Assembly (NCBI GenBank): GCA_902570785.1
Contig: CACFZK010000003.1
Span: 14,623 to 78,622 of the forward strand
Length of the DNA stretch: 64,000 bases
Direction of reading: 5' to 3'
Source of the DNA: an uncultured Pelagibacteraceae bacterium
GTDB taxonomy: Bacteria > Pseudomonadota > Alphaproteobacteria > Pelagibacterales > Pelagibacteraceae
Below the pieces are notes generated by a model. It was not told the origin of the DNA. It ran no database searches and saw only the letters and a list, made by a program, of their open reading frames with translations. Below, one piece after another: positions 36,896 to 45,778 of this stretch (the stretch's first letter is position 1; every line of letters starts with the position of its first letter). Both the position numbers and the translations under genes were made by a program.

Positions 36896-38131
36896 ATGAA
36901 AGTTAAAAAAGGAATACCCTTAATTGATCAACACGATAAAAATGGTTTTTACGGCGGAAAATTTGGTGGTAATTACGTAGCAGAGACATTAAAAAAACCT
37001 ATAGACGATTTATCAAAATTGTTTGAGAAATGCAGAAAAGATAAAAAATTTCTAAAAGAGAGAGATGATTTGTATGAAAATTATGTTGGAACACCTACAA
37101 GGTTTATCAAACTACAAAATCTTACAGATCATTTAGGTGGTGCCCAGATTTATGCAAAAATGGTTTCTGATGCTAATGGGGGAGCTCATAAAATCTATAA
37201 CGCGATTACCCATGCTATGTTATGCAAAAGAGCAAAAAAAAAGTATATCTGCACAGACACCGGGGCTGGTTATAATGGAAAAATGTTTTCTATGGTCGCG
37301 AAAAAGTTTGGTCTAGGATGCAAAGTTTTCATGGGAACTAGGGATATCGAAAGACAAAAGCCTAATTGTGAAGCAATAAGAAAAAATGGTGCTGAAATTA
37401 TTCCAGTTAATTCCGGCAGTAGAACACTTGTAGATGCTGTTAGTGAATGTATCAGATATTGGGTCTCAAATTGTGACAAAGTTCATATGGGAATTGGCAG
37501 TTTAGTAGGTCCAAATATATTCGTTAAGATTTGTGGATGGAGCACTGCTCAAATTTCTAGAGAACTTAAAGTTCAATTAGAAGAGGAGTTTGGAGAAATT
37601 CCTAATAAATTGAAACTAATTAATTGTGTTGGGGGAGGATCTAGTGCATATGGTTTTTGGAGTGAATTTTTTGATTATGACAAAAAACATATAGAACTTA
37701 TTGGTGTCGAAGCTGGTGGACCAAAAAATAGTAAACTTCATGCTGCACCTTTGAGCAAAAATTCAAAAATTGGTATTCTTCATGGTGCTGCTGCTTATTG
37801 TGTCCAAGACGCTGATGGACAAATTAATGAGACAGAAAGTTGCTCAAGTGGGCTCGATTACCCTTCTTGTTCAGCGATCCATTGTTTATTAAAGGATGTT
37901 GGTAGAGCTAGGTATACTTTTGCAACTGATGAGGAAGCTTTTTCTGCATATAAACTTGTTACTGAACTTGAGGAAATTTCTCCAAGTTTGGAACCCGCAC
38001 ACTCTTTTGCTGAAGCAATAAAAATTGCTCCAAAACTCGACGAGTCAAATATTATAGTAGTTAATAGTTGTGGAGATAGTCTTAAAGACAAGGACATTAT
38101 AAAAAAACGTTTGGGTAATTATATAAGATGA
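36896..38131 (+). CDS. trpB: Tryptophan synthase beta chain (divergent)
   Basis: 411 aa with the PLP lysine block GGAHK, GGGS (CVGGGSSAYG) and SSGLDYP. Followed by trpA with an ATGA overlap. Confidence 0.8.
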   Translation: MKVKKGIPLIDQHDKNGFYGGKFGGNYVAETLKKPIDDLSKLFEKCRKDKKFLKERDDLYENYVGTPTRFIKLQNLTDHLGGAQIYAKMVSDANGGAHKIYNAITHAMLCKRAKKKYICTDTGAGYNGKMFSMVAKKFGLGCKVFMGTRDIERQKPNCEAIRKNGAEIIPVNSGSRTLVDAVSECIRYWVSNCDKVHMGIGSLVGPNIFVKICGWSTAQISRELKVQLEEEFGEIPNKLKLINCVGGGSSAYGFWSEFFDYDKKHIELIGVEAGGPKNSKLHAAPLSKNSKIGILHGAAAYCVQDADGQINETESCSSGLDYPSCSAIHCLLKDVGRARYTFATDEEAFSAYKLVTELEEISPSLEPAHSFAEAIKIAPKLDESNIIVVNSCGDSLKDKDIIKKRLGNYIR

Positions 38132-38928
38132 AGTCTCAAATTAGTTTAGCTTTTGAAAAATGTAAAAGAGAAAATAGACCTGCTCTATTAACTTATACCG
38201 TTGCGGGAGATAATTCCAAAAAAAAGTCATTAGAAATTTTAAAATCTATATCCCAATATGCAGATATTTTAGAGATCGGTTTTCCTTTTAATGCACCAAC
38301 CGCAGATGGTCCACAAATTCAGAACAGCACATACAGAGCCTTAAAAAATGGATTTAAACTTAAAGATGCTTTTCAAATTGTCAAAAATTATAAAAAAAGT
38401 AGAAATGCAAAACCTTGCATTCTTATGGGGTATTATCAAATGGTCTATCATTATGGAGAAAAAAAGTTTGTAAAAAAATGCAAACAAGTTGGTGTGAATG
38501 GTTTGATAATTGTAGATCTTCCTTGGCCAGATAATAAAAAATTTGCAAAATTATGCAAAAAAAATTCAATTACTTTCGTTCAACTTATATCGCCTACAAC
38601 ATCAAAAGAAAGAATGAAAAAAATCATAAGAGACTCACACAATCTAAATTATTTGATAAGTATGTTATCAACTACAGGAGGAAAGTTAAAAGTTTCTCCT
38701 AAAAAAATTTTAGAGAATTACATCAAAATTAAGAGAGTCAATAAATCAAAGAACATGGTAATTGGATTTGGTATCACAAATAAAAACATTGGTTCTTTTA
38801 AAAAAGCTGATGGACTTGTTGTAGGAAGCGCATTATGTAAGGGAATTAGTGATTCTATTAAAAATCGTCAAAATCCTGTCATAAAATTAAATAAAATGGT
38901 AAAAGCTTTAAAAAATAAAATAATATGA
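38128..38928 (+). CDS. trpA: Tryptophan synthase alpha chain
   Basis: 266 aa with LEIGFPF..P.ADGP (catalytic E and D), GFGI and VVGSA blocks. Confidence 0.85.
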   Translation: MKSQISLAFEKCKRENRPALLTYTVAGDNSKKKSLEILKSISQYADILEIGFPFNAPTADGPQIQNSTYRALKNGFKLKDAFQIVKNYKKSRNAKPCILMGYYQMVYHYGEKKFVKKCKQVGVNGLIIVDLPWPDNKKFAKLCKKNSITFVQLISPTTSKERMKKIIRDSHNLNYLISMLSTTGGKLKVSPKKILENYIKIKRVNKSKNMVIGFGITNKNIGSFKKADGLVVGSALCKGISDSIKNRQNPVIKLNKMVKALKNKII

Positions 38929-39890
38929 ATTGGATAAAAGATAAAATTAAAAAGTTTGGTGACTCATTAAAAAAATACACCAGAAAAAGACCTTCTAAAA
39001 ATGAACAAGAAAATGCGGATTGGATAAACTGTCCATCATGCAAAAAGTTACAATATAAAAAAGATCTAGAGAGCTTACAGTTTATATGTTCTTGTAACTA
39101 TCACTTTGATTACCCTGCAAAACTAAGATTAAAAAATATATTTGATAATTCAAATTTCGAAGAAATTCCATGTCCACCAGCAGACTCTGATCCATTAAAT
39201 TTTAAAATAAATAATAAACCATACATCTCAAAAAGAAAAAAATATGAAGAAGCTACAGGGCTTGACTCTGCTTTTGCATGTGCTTCAGGTAAAATAAATG
39301 GTTTAACAGCTGTAGTAGTCTGTTCGGAGTGGAAATTTGGTGGTAGCGCAATGACGCCCAAAGAGAGTGAACATTTTGTTTCAGCCGCGGTTAAAGCAAT
39401 TGAAATTAAGGCTGATATATTTATTTCTATTTTACAAAGCGGGGGGATGGCTGTGACTGGTGGAGTTCCCGCATTAGCCAGCGGTATGGTTAAAACACAA
39501 ATAGCTTATTCTGAATTAAAAAAAGCAGGGATTTTATCAATTGGGGTTGCTTGCTCTAAATTGAGTGGGGGAACTTACGTTATGTGGAACAATCATGATA
39601 TTTTATGTGTAGAATCACCTAGTTCACATGACATTTTGTTTAGTGGAAAGAGAGTTACCGCAAATCTAAAATCTGGCGAACAGTTACCAGAAGATTTTGG
39701 ACAGGGATCATCTCTAGATGCTTTGGTAGATATAATCTTTTCAAGTAGATTAGAAATAAAAGATGGTGTTACGAAAATTGCAAGAGTCTTGTTGAAAAAA
39801 CCAAAAATTAAATCTATAGCTGATAGTCCAAGTGAAACTATAGATGAGAGCATCGAAAAAACTTTATCAGAAACTTCAAAAGCAGTATAG
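38925..39890 (+). CDS. accD: Acetyl-CoA carboxylase carboxyltransferase beta subunit (divergent)
   Basis: 321 aa with an N-terminal Cys zinc ribbon (CPSC...CSCNYH) followed by a carboxyltransferase domain. Sits in the conserved trpA-accD-folC order. Confidence 0.8.
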   Translation: MNWIKDKIKKFGDSLKKYTRKRPSKNEQENADWINCPSCKKLQYKKDLESLQFICSCNYHFDYPAKLRLKNIFDNSNFEEIPCPPADSDPLNFKINNKPYISKRKKYEEATGLDSAFACASGKINGLTAVVVCSEWKFGGSAMTPKESEHFVSAAVKAIEIKADIFISILQSGGMAVTGGVPALASGMVKTQIAYSELKKAGILSIGVACSKLSGGTYVMWNNHDILCVESPSSHDILFSGKRVTANLKSGEQLPEDFGQGSSLDALVDIIFSSRLEIKDGVTKIARVLLKKPKIKSIADSPSETIDESIEKTLSETSKAV

Positions 39891-41100
39891 CAAAAGAATT
39901 AATTTAGATCTAAAAAGAATCAAGAAAGTTTTGTCTATACTTCATGATCCTCAAGACCAACTTGATAACGTAATCAATGTTATAGGAAGCGATGGTAAAA
40001 ACAGTTTTTTAACATCATTAAAATACTTTCTCGAAGCAGATAATAAAAAAGTAAATACGTTTACTAGTCCTCATTTATACGATGTAAGATCAAGAATTTG
40101 GTTGGGTAATCGATTTATTTCACTCGCTGAAATAAAAAAATATAAGAAAGTTATTGAAAAAACAAAACAAAGGCTCACTTTATTTGAATTATTAACTTGT
40201 ATATTTATTTTGGCTGCAAATAAAACAGACGCTGACTCTTTTAACCTTGTTGAGGCTGGATTATTTTTTAGAAAAGATAGTACAAATCTATGGCAGAGCC
40301 CTTTGACTCAAATCTGCACGCAAATAAACAAGCAGCACACTGAATGGATTAGCCCAAAAAGTATAGGAGAAATATGTAAGCAAAAAGTTGGCTTTTTAAG
40401 TGAAAATACTAATATTTATGTTGGAAAGCAAAGACCAAGGACTTTAAAAATTATTAAAAAAATCTTACAAAAGAATTCAAGTCATAAAGAATACTATGGT
40501 TCATGGAGTATTATTAACAAAAATAACAAAAAATTTTATAAGGATCAAAATAATTTAATCTTACTAAAATCTAAAAATATTCACTCTGATGGATTGTGGG
40601 AAAATGTTGGTTTAGCTATAAAAGTGGCTATCGATCTAGGAATAGACGCAAAAAAAATTTCTCGTACGATTAAAAAGATTAAATTCGAAGGTCGTTGCGA
40701 GTTTATAAAAGGTAAATTAACAAAAAAACTTTATAAAAATGAGAGGTTTTTAATTGATACTTGTCATAGTGAAGAATCTACTAAAAATTTAGCAAAGTAT
40801 TTAAAAAAATTTAAATTTCCTGTGTATGGTATATGTGGAATTTTAAAAAATAAAAATCCAAAAAAATTAATGAAAAATTTTAAAGGAATTTTTAAAAAAT
40901 TGATTACTTTTAAAATCCCTGATGAGTCTAATGCTTTAAGTTCATTTGATTTAAAAAAAATAGCGGAAAGGGAAGGTTTTAAAACAGTTGAAGCTCAAAA
41001 TATCAAAGATGCCTTAAAAATAGTTTCGTCTAAAGAAAGAAAAATTATTGTACTTTGGGGTAGCACGTACGGTGCAGGAAACGCTTTGAGTTTAAATTAA
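39844..41100 (+). CDS. folC: Folylpolyglutamate synthase/dihydrofolate synthase-like protein (divergent)
   Basis: 418 aa with a Mur-ligase layout and the TSPHL motif. The synteny is right, but the P-loop is degenerate (GSDGKNS). Confidence 0.65.
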   Translation: MRASKKLYQKLQKQYSKRINLDLKRIKKVLSILHDPQDQLDNVINVIGSDGKNSFLTSLKYFLEADNKKVNTFTSPHLYDVRSRIWLGNRFISLAEIKKYKKVIEKTKQRLTLFELLTCIFILAANKTDADSFNLVEAGLFFRKDSTNLWQSPLTQICTQINKQHTEWISPKSIGEICKQKVGFLSENTNIYVGKQRPRTLKIIKKILQKNSSHKEYYGSWSIINKNNKKFYKDQNNLILLKSKNIHSDGLWENVGLAIKVAIDLGIDAKKISRTIKKIKFEGRCEFIKGKLTKKLYKNERFLIDTCHSEESTKNLAKYLKKFKFPVYGICGILKNKNPKKLMKNFKGIFKKLITFKIPDESNALSSFDLKKIAEREGFKTVEAQNIKDALKIVSSKERKIIVLWGSTYGAGNALSLN

Positions 41101-41417
41101 AGATGTTTATTTATAAATGCTTCAATATTTGACTGGTCAGTTCCGCCAACAAGTGTATCAACGTGTGAACCATCTTTATATAAGAATAGAGTTGGGATTG
41201 AACGAATAGCATTAGCGGTTGCAAAGTTTGGCTCCGAGTCAACATCGTGATTTGCTATTACAATTTTATCTGCCATTTTCTCTGAGATTGTTTCTAAAAT
41301 TGGATTTATAGCTTTACAAGGCCCACACCAATCAGCTGTAAACTTAATTAATGTCAACTTGCCCTTTGATGCTATTAATTCTTTATAATTTTCATCTGTG
41401 CTTTTAACTAGTGCCAT
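41097..41417 (-). CDS. trxA: Thioredoxin
   Basis: 106 aa with the WCGPC active site. Confidence 0.95.
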   Translation of the reverse strand: MALVKSTDENYKELIASKGKLTLIKFTADWCGPCKAINPILETISEKMADKIVIANHDVDSEPNFATANAIRSIPTLFLYKDGSHVDTLVGGTDQSNIEAFINKHL

Positions 41418-41451
41418 ATCTGTTAGATAATGTTTTTTTGATTAATGTCAA

Positions 41452-42870
41452 CTATGCACTAGAGTAAAATTTTTCTAATTCTTCAACGTAGACGTTAATC
41501 TCCTCCAACATTTTAAGCTTTTCTGTATCTTTATTTTTTTCAAACTTTGCCCTTAAATCATCAATCTCTTTGTAAGTTCTTGGAATTGTGTTCCATTTTT
41601 TTTCATCTTCTGTGGAAAGAACTCTTTTTACAATTGTGCTGTGAATTTCATCATAATCCTCTTTTGGTAAAAGGTCTGGTTTTTCTTGATAAAGCAATTT
41701 TTTTCCAAAATAGTGAAAGCGTTTATCTTTAAATTTATTTAAGTAAGATAATTTATTGCTCCAGTCTGCTTCATGAAAACCGCTTAATATACGATTATCC
41801 TCTGGTGGAGGAAAATTATATAAGCTCTCTTCCTCACAAATATCCTCTTGGGATTTAGTTTCCGTTTTTTCTTGAACTTCGTCTCGTAATATTAATTCCA
41901 CCTTTTCAGCGAACTTTTTGCTCTTTTTTATAATTTCTGCCCTTTGCTTTAATTTATTTATCCCTATCATTTTATATTCTTCAAAATGATCTATATACGA
42001 TGGATTCATTACTATTGGATGCTTGTTGTGACGGCATGTTCTTAAAATCTTTGGTGGCTTTTTCAACTCTTCTTTTAAAACCTGTATTGGCATATCTATA
42101 TAAATATTTGGATCATGCTTTAAATCAAAAGTCTTTGGCCATTGATATACTGGATGCTGACAAACAAAAGTTTGAACAAATGGAACTACCTTGCCGTAGT
42201 AAAATTCATTTGAACAAAAAAGTTTTTCATTCTTAATTATTTTGAGACTCTCTTCTTTATTAGATGTTAAAAGGCTGCTTTTCCAAACACTAGGAGATTT
42301 TTTTTTTATTATTCTTGCAATTTCTAAGGTTGCGCTGCAATCACCTATAGCTGTATGAGCTGCATGATCTATGCCGTTTAGCGGAGCCATAGTATCAAGT
42401 TTATACTCCAGGTTCCCTTTTTTATTAGTAGCATTTTTTAGAGTATTTGGATAATAGAGGTTTGCTGCTCTGGCTAAACTGAGTAAATCTCCCTCATTGT
42501 TACCATTTGTTGTGGAAGTAAATGGATATTCTAAATTTTGAAACAAAGTATTTCTTAAAAAAATTTGGTCAAACTCAATATTATTCCATCCAATAAAAGT
42601 AACTTTGCCCCAGGTTTTTAATTTTTCAACAAACTGTCTAATCATTTCGTAATGAGAAAGATTTGTTGCTTTCAGTTTTTTTGGTGATGTATTGGTGACA
42701 ATAAGTGCCATCGCTTCAGGTATAATTCCTGGTGATAGTCTTGATCTAGATTCGAACCTGTCTAATTCATTAAGGTCATCATCTGTTAGTATTGCTCCAA
42801 TTTCAATGATTTGTCCCCACTGTTTATTTGATGAACTTGTTTCGAAATCATAAAATACAAAATTTGACAT
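41452..42870 (-). CDS. sbcB: Exodeoxyribonuclease I
   Basis: 472 aa with a DEDDh N-terminus (FYDFETS...IEIGAI, H..GD). Length is typical of ExoI. Confidence 0.85.
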   Translation of the reverse strand: MSNFVFYDFETSSSNKQWGQIIEIGAILTDDDLNELDRFESRSRLSPGIIPEAMALIVTNTSPKKLKATNLSHYEMIRQFVEKLKTWGKVTFIGWNNIEFDQIFLRNTLFQNLEYPFTSTTNGNNEGDLLSLARAANLYYPNTLKNATNKKGNLEYKLDTMAPLNGIDHAAHTAIGDCSATLEIARIIKKKSPSVWKSSLLTSNKEESLKIIKNEKLFCSNEFYYGKVVPFVQTFVCQHPVYQWPKTFDLKHDPNIYIDMPIQVLKEELKKPPKILRTCRHNKHPIVMNPSYIDHFEEYKMIGINKLKQRAEIIKKSKKFAEKVELILRDEVQEKTETKSQEDICEEESLYNFPPPEDNRILSGFHEADWSNKLSYLNKFKDKRFHYFGKKLLYQEKPDLLPKEDYDEIHSTIVKRVLSTEDEKKWNTIPRTYKEIDDLRAKFEKNKDTEKLKMLEEINVYVEELEKFYSSA

Positions 42871-42883
42871 TTGGAAAATTTAT

Positions 42884-43915
42884 TTACTTAAAGACTTTAA
42901 TTTTATCAGAATTTTCTTCGACTGTCTCTTTTACTGTTCCAGGATCTTTAATGTTATTCAGAGTATTCATGATAGATCGGGCATCTCTCCCAAAATTATC
43001 GGTTGAAGTCATAGCTTGATCTAATTTTTTTCTTAAATCAATAATACCATCAAAATGTTTTTCAAACCTTCTAGAGATCAGTTTTAGATCATTGTAAATT
43101 TGTGTCGCATGCTTTTGAACTTTAAGAGTCTGAAACCCTAGATGATATGACTGAAGAAGTGCTGACAATGTGTTAGGGCCTGCTATTGTAACTTTATATT
43201 TAGTTCTAAGTTCCTCTAGCAAAAGTTCTTTTGTTTTTGGGTCTCTGTAACTTGAAAGTTCAGCAAATAATCCTTCGGTTGGAGCATACACAATTGCAAA
43301 ATCAGTTGTTTTTGGGGGTGCAATATATTTTAAACTTACAGCTTTAGCTTTGTTTCTAAAAGCTGATGCTAAATCTTTTCTGGCTTCTGCTAATGCTTCT
43401 TTATCTTTAGCCTGGTAAGCATTATCTATCTCTTTAAATTTTTCTATTGGCCAATGGCTATCTACTGGAACAAGAACGTCTTGGAGTTTAATTGCGAATT
43501 CTACGGTATCACTAGTTTCTTCAGGTTTCATTTTTACATTTTCGATAAATTGAGTTGCAGGCAATAAATCTTTCAATAATGAAGCTAAAGAGAATTCTGC
43601 AAGAACTCCGTATTGTTTTACACCGGCAAGAATTCTGCTGAAATTATCTTGGCTTTTGTTTAAGGCTTCTACTTGTTGATTGAATACTCCGACCTTCTCG
43701 TCTACTCTGGTTAAAGCTCCGGTCATATCTTTTGCAATATCCTTAGACATGTGTCCAAAGGATTGACTGAAGCTATCTTTAAAAGAATTAAATTCATTTT
43801 TGAATGTCTGAGTAGGATCCTCTGTTTTTTGCTGTTTGTTACGCAATAAGAAAAATATTACAGCAACATTTAAAGCCAATAAAACAACTATAAGTGTAAT
43901 TAGTAATGTGTCCAT
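42884..43915 (-). CDS. rmuC: DNA recombination protein RmuC
   Basis: 343 aa with an N-terminal TM, a coiled coil and an RmuC nuclease-like C-terminal domain (VEFAIKL...VPVDS..P). Confidence 0.85.
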   Translation of the reverse strand: MDTLLITLIVVLLALNVAVIFFLLRNKQQKTEDPTQTFKNEFNSFKDSFSQSFGHMSKDIAKDMTGALTRVDEKVGVFNQQVEALNKSQDNFSRILAGVKQYGVLAEFSLASLLKDLLPATQFIENVKMKPEETSDTVEFAIKLQDVLVPVDSHWPIEKFKEIDNAYQAKDKEALAEARKDLASAFRNKAKAVSLKYIAPPKTTDFAIVYAPTEGLFAELSSYRDPKTKELLLEELRTKYKVTIAGPNTLSALLQSYHLGFQTLKVQKHATQIYNDLKLISRRFEKHFDGIIDLRKKLDQAMTSTDNFGRDARSIMNTLNNIKDPGTVKETVEENSDKIKVFK

Positions 43916-43974
43916 TAATTTATATATACGGTGTATTTGCTAAATTACAAATTTTAATTTAAATAATGTAATTC

Positions 43975-44592
43975 ATGAGATTTTTTGTATATTTTTTGTG
44001 TTCACTATTAGTTTTTGCAACTGCCAATTCGAAAGAATTCCGAATCGATTTCACTGATAAAGGCATGAAGTTGTTTAAAAAAAGAGGATTTGGAAAAAAA
44101 ACTGTTTATACGAATAATCAAGATGACAAAGGTTGGTATTTAAAAGCTGAAGCTGACGGAACTGCAACAGGACTTGGAATGGAAATAGATAAAGAGCTTC
44201 TTAAGGAAATGCCTTTTTTAAATATTACTTTTAAAATTGAAAAAGATTTTACAAATATTGATCAAAAAACTAAAGACGGACATGACTGGACAGCAAGAGT
44301 TATGGTGGGACATGGCAAAAAGATCGGATCGAAATTAGTAAGCTTAGCCCACTCCTCTTTTTTAGAAGAAGGATTTATTCAAACAAGTCCTTGGACAAAA
44401 GGAAGCAGAGATTACGTTGTATCTAATGATAAGAGTGGCGAATGGCATACTCGAAAGATAAATATAAAAGAATTACTTGAGAAAACTCACGGAATTTCTT
44501 TTACAAACTTTATTGCTATATTCTCTGACTCGAATAACTCAAAACAAAAAATTATTGCATATTACCGAGATATCTATTTTAGTAGTGAGTAA
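43975..44592 (+). CDS. Exported protein of unknown function (possibly DUF3047-like)
   Basis: 205 aa with a signal peptide (LLVFATANS) and a beta-rich sequence. Its stop overlaps the start of the next gene (TAATG). Confidence 0.45.
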   Translation: MRFFVYFLCSLLVFATANSKEFRIDFTDKGMKLFKKRGFGKKTVYTNNQDDKGWYLKAEADGTATGLGMEIDKELLKEMPFLNITFKIEKDFTNIDQKTKDGHDWTARVMVGHGKKIGSKLVSLAHSSFLEEGFIQTSPWTKGSRDYVVSNDKSGEWHTRKINIKELLEKTHGISFTNFIAIFSDSNNSKQKIIAYYRDIYFSSE

Positions 44593-45389
44593 TGAACATA
44601 AAAGTAGAGCCATTTATAAATAACATTGGGGCTTCCATCTCCTACGATCTTAAATTAACAGAACCAAAAATTATTGATCAGATCAAAGAAACACTCAACA
44701 ACTATGGTTTTGTTTGCTTTAGAGATCAAAATTTAGAACCAGGAGAATATTTAAAATTTGCAGAACAACTAGGTAAAATTAAAGAGTACCCGATGTTAAA
44801 AGACTTAGAAAACTATAAAGGCATCACCGTTGTTGAGAGAAAAGAAGATGATAAAGGAAAGTCTTATGGTGAAGGATGGCACACAGATAGTAGTTATCTA
44901 GAAAAAACACCAAAATACACTTGTCTTATGGGTAAAATAGTTAAAAGAGATCAGGGTCAAACACTTTTCGCCTCACAATTAGCATCCTATGAAGCTTTAG
45001 ATCAAGAAACTAAGGATAAAATTCAAAATCTTGTAGGTATATTTAGTTCAGCAGGACCGATATCTGTAACAAGGCTTGAAAGAGAAGCTGAAAGAGGAAC
45101 CGGAAAGTCAAAAGATTTTATAGCCGAACATCCAATAGTTAAAAAAGTTGGAAGTAGAAAAGCACTTTATCTAAGTCCAGGTCACACAATTGCCATAAAA
45201 GACTTAAGCGAGGAAAATTCCAAAGAACTTTTAAAATTTTTATTCAACCACCAAACGAAAAAAGAGTTTCAAAATAGCTTTTTTTGGGAAAAAAATACTA
45301 TAGTTATTTGGGATAACCATTCTGTCATTCACTCCGCCACCCCTTTTCAAGGAAGAAGAATGATGCATAGAATTATTTTAGACGCATAA
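44592..45389 (+). CDS. Fe(II)/2-oxoglutarate-dependent dioxygenase, TauD/TfdA family
   Basis: 265 aa with the HxD motif WHTDSSY, a distal His in WDNHSVIHSA and an Arg in RRMMHR. Confidence 0.8.
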   Translation: MNIKVEPFINNIGASISYDLKLTEPKIIDQIKETLNNYGFVCFRDQNLEPGEYLKFAEQLGKIKEYPMLKDLENYKGITVVERKEDDKGKSYGEGWHTDSSYLEKTPKYTCLMGKIVKRDQGQTLFASQLASYEALDQETKDKIQNLVGIFSSAGPISVTRLEREAERGTGKSKDFIAEHPIVKKVGSRKALYLSPGHTIAIKDLSEENSKELLKFLFNHQTKKEFQNSFFWEKNTIVIWDNHSVIHSATPFQGRRMMHRIILDA

Positions 45390-45443
45390 AAAAAACAAAA
45401 TTCAGCCCCTCTTAAAACAAAAATAATATTTAAATCTTTAAAT

Positions 45444-45656
45444 ATGAAAAATATTATAATCGTTTTAGTATGTGGATTGTTTCTAGCAAACTGTAGTAAC
45501 CGTTACGTTTTGGGTACAAAGTGTACAAATCCCGATAAGTTAACTGGTGCTTACGAAAAATCATTCATATGGTCTGTAGATAGAACTATGAGTGATGACG
45601 CTTTTGGAAAAAGAATTTCAAAAGAAAACTGTCCTAAAGTAGCTAAAAAATCCTAA
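45444..45656 (+). CDS. Small lipoprotein, unknown function
   Basis: 70 aa with the lipobox LFLANC and two additional Cys. Confidence 0.55.
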   Translation: MKNIIIVLVCGLFLANCSNRYVLGTKCTNPDKLTGAYEKSFIWSVDRTMSDDAFGKRISKENCPKVAKKS

Positions 45657-45676
45657 TTAAGCACAGTTTTTAAAAG

Positions 45677-45778
45677 ATGATAACTATTGGTCTTTTACTG
45701 CTTGGATGTGCCGCATTTCTGGTGTCTTTTTTAATCGTGAATTTCAAATCAAAACACGATAAAGAAGACACCGAATGA
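45677..45778 (+). CDS. Unannotated 33-aa hydrophobic mini-protein (single TM or lipobox)
   Basis: My own translation: MITIGLLLLGCAAFLVSFLIVNFKSKHDKEDTE. Its TGA (45776-45778) overlaps the ATG (45775-45777) of the next gene in an ATGA junction. It is locally more GC-rich than typical spacer and is below the length cut-off of the ORF track. Confidence 0.4.
   Translation: MITIGLLLLGCAAFLVSFLIVNFKSKHDKEDTE

Noticed and set aside
42735-42765. tRNA T-loop-like string GGTTCGAATC on the minus strand.
   Set aside because: It lies inside the intact sbcB reading frame. The flanks do not form a T-stem (ACAGG is followed by CTAGA, not CCTGT) or an acceptor stem. It is a coincidence.
43944-43972. Inverted ATTACA...TGTAAT (17-nt spacer) in the rmuC/exported-protein divergent gap, sharing the Pho-box half-site hexamer.
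   Set aside because: The arrangement is inverted rather than an 11-nt phased direct repeat. One arm sits in the RBS position 3 nt from the ATG. The hexamer is expected fairly often by chance at this AT content.
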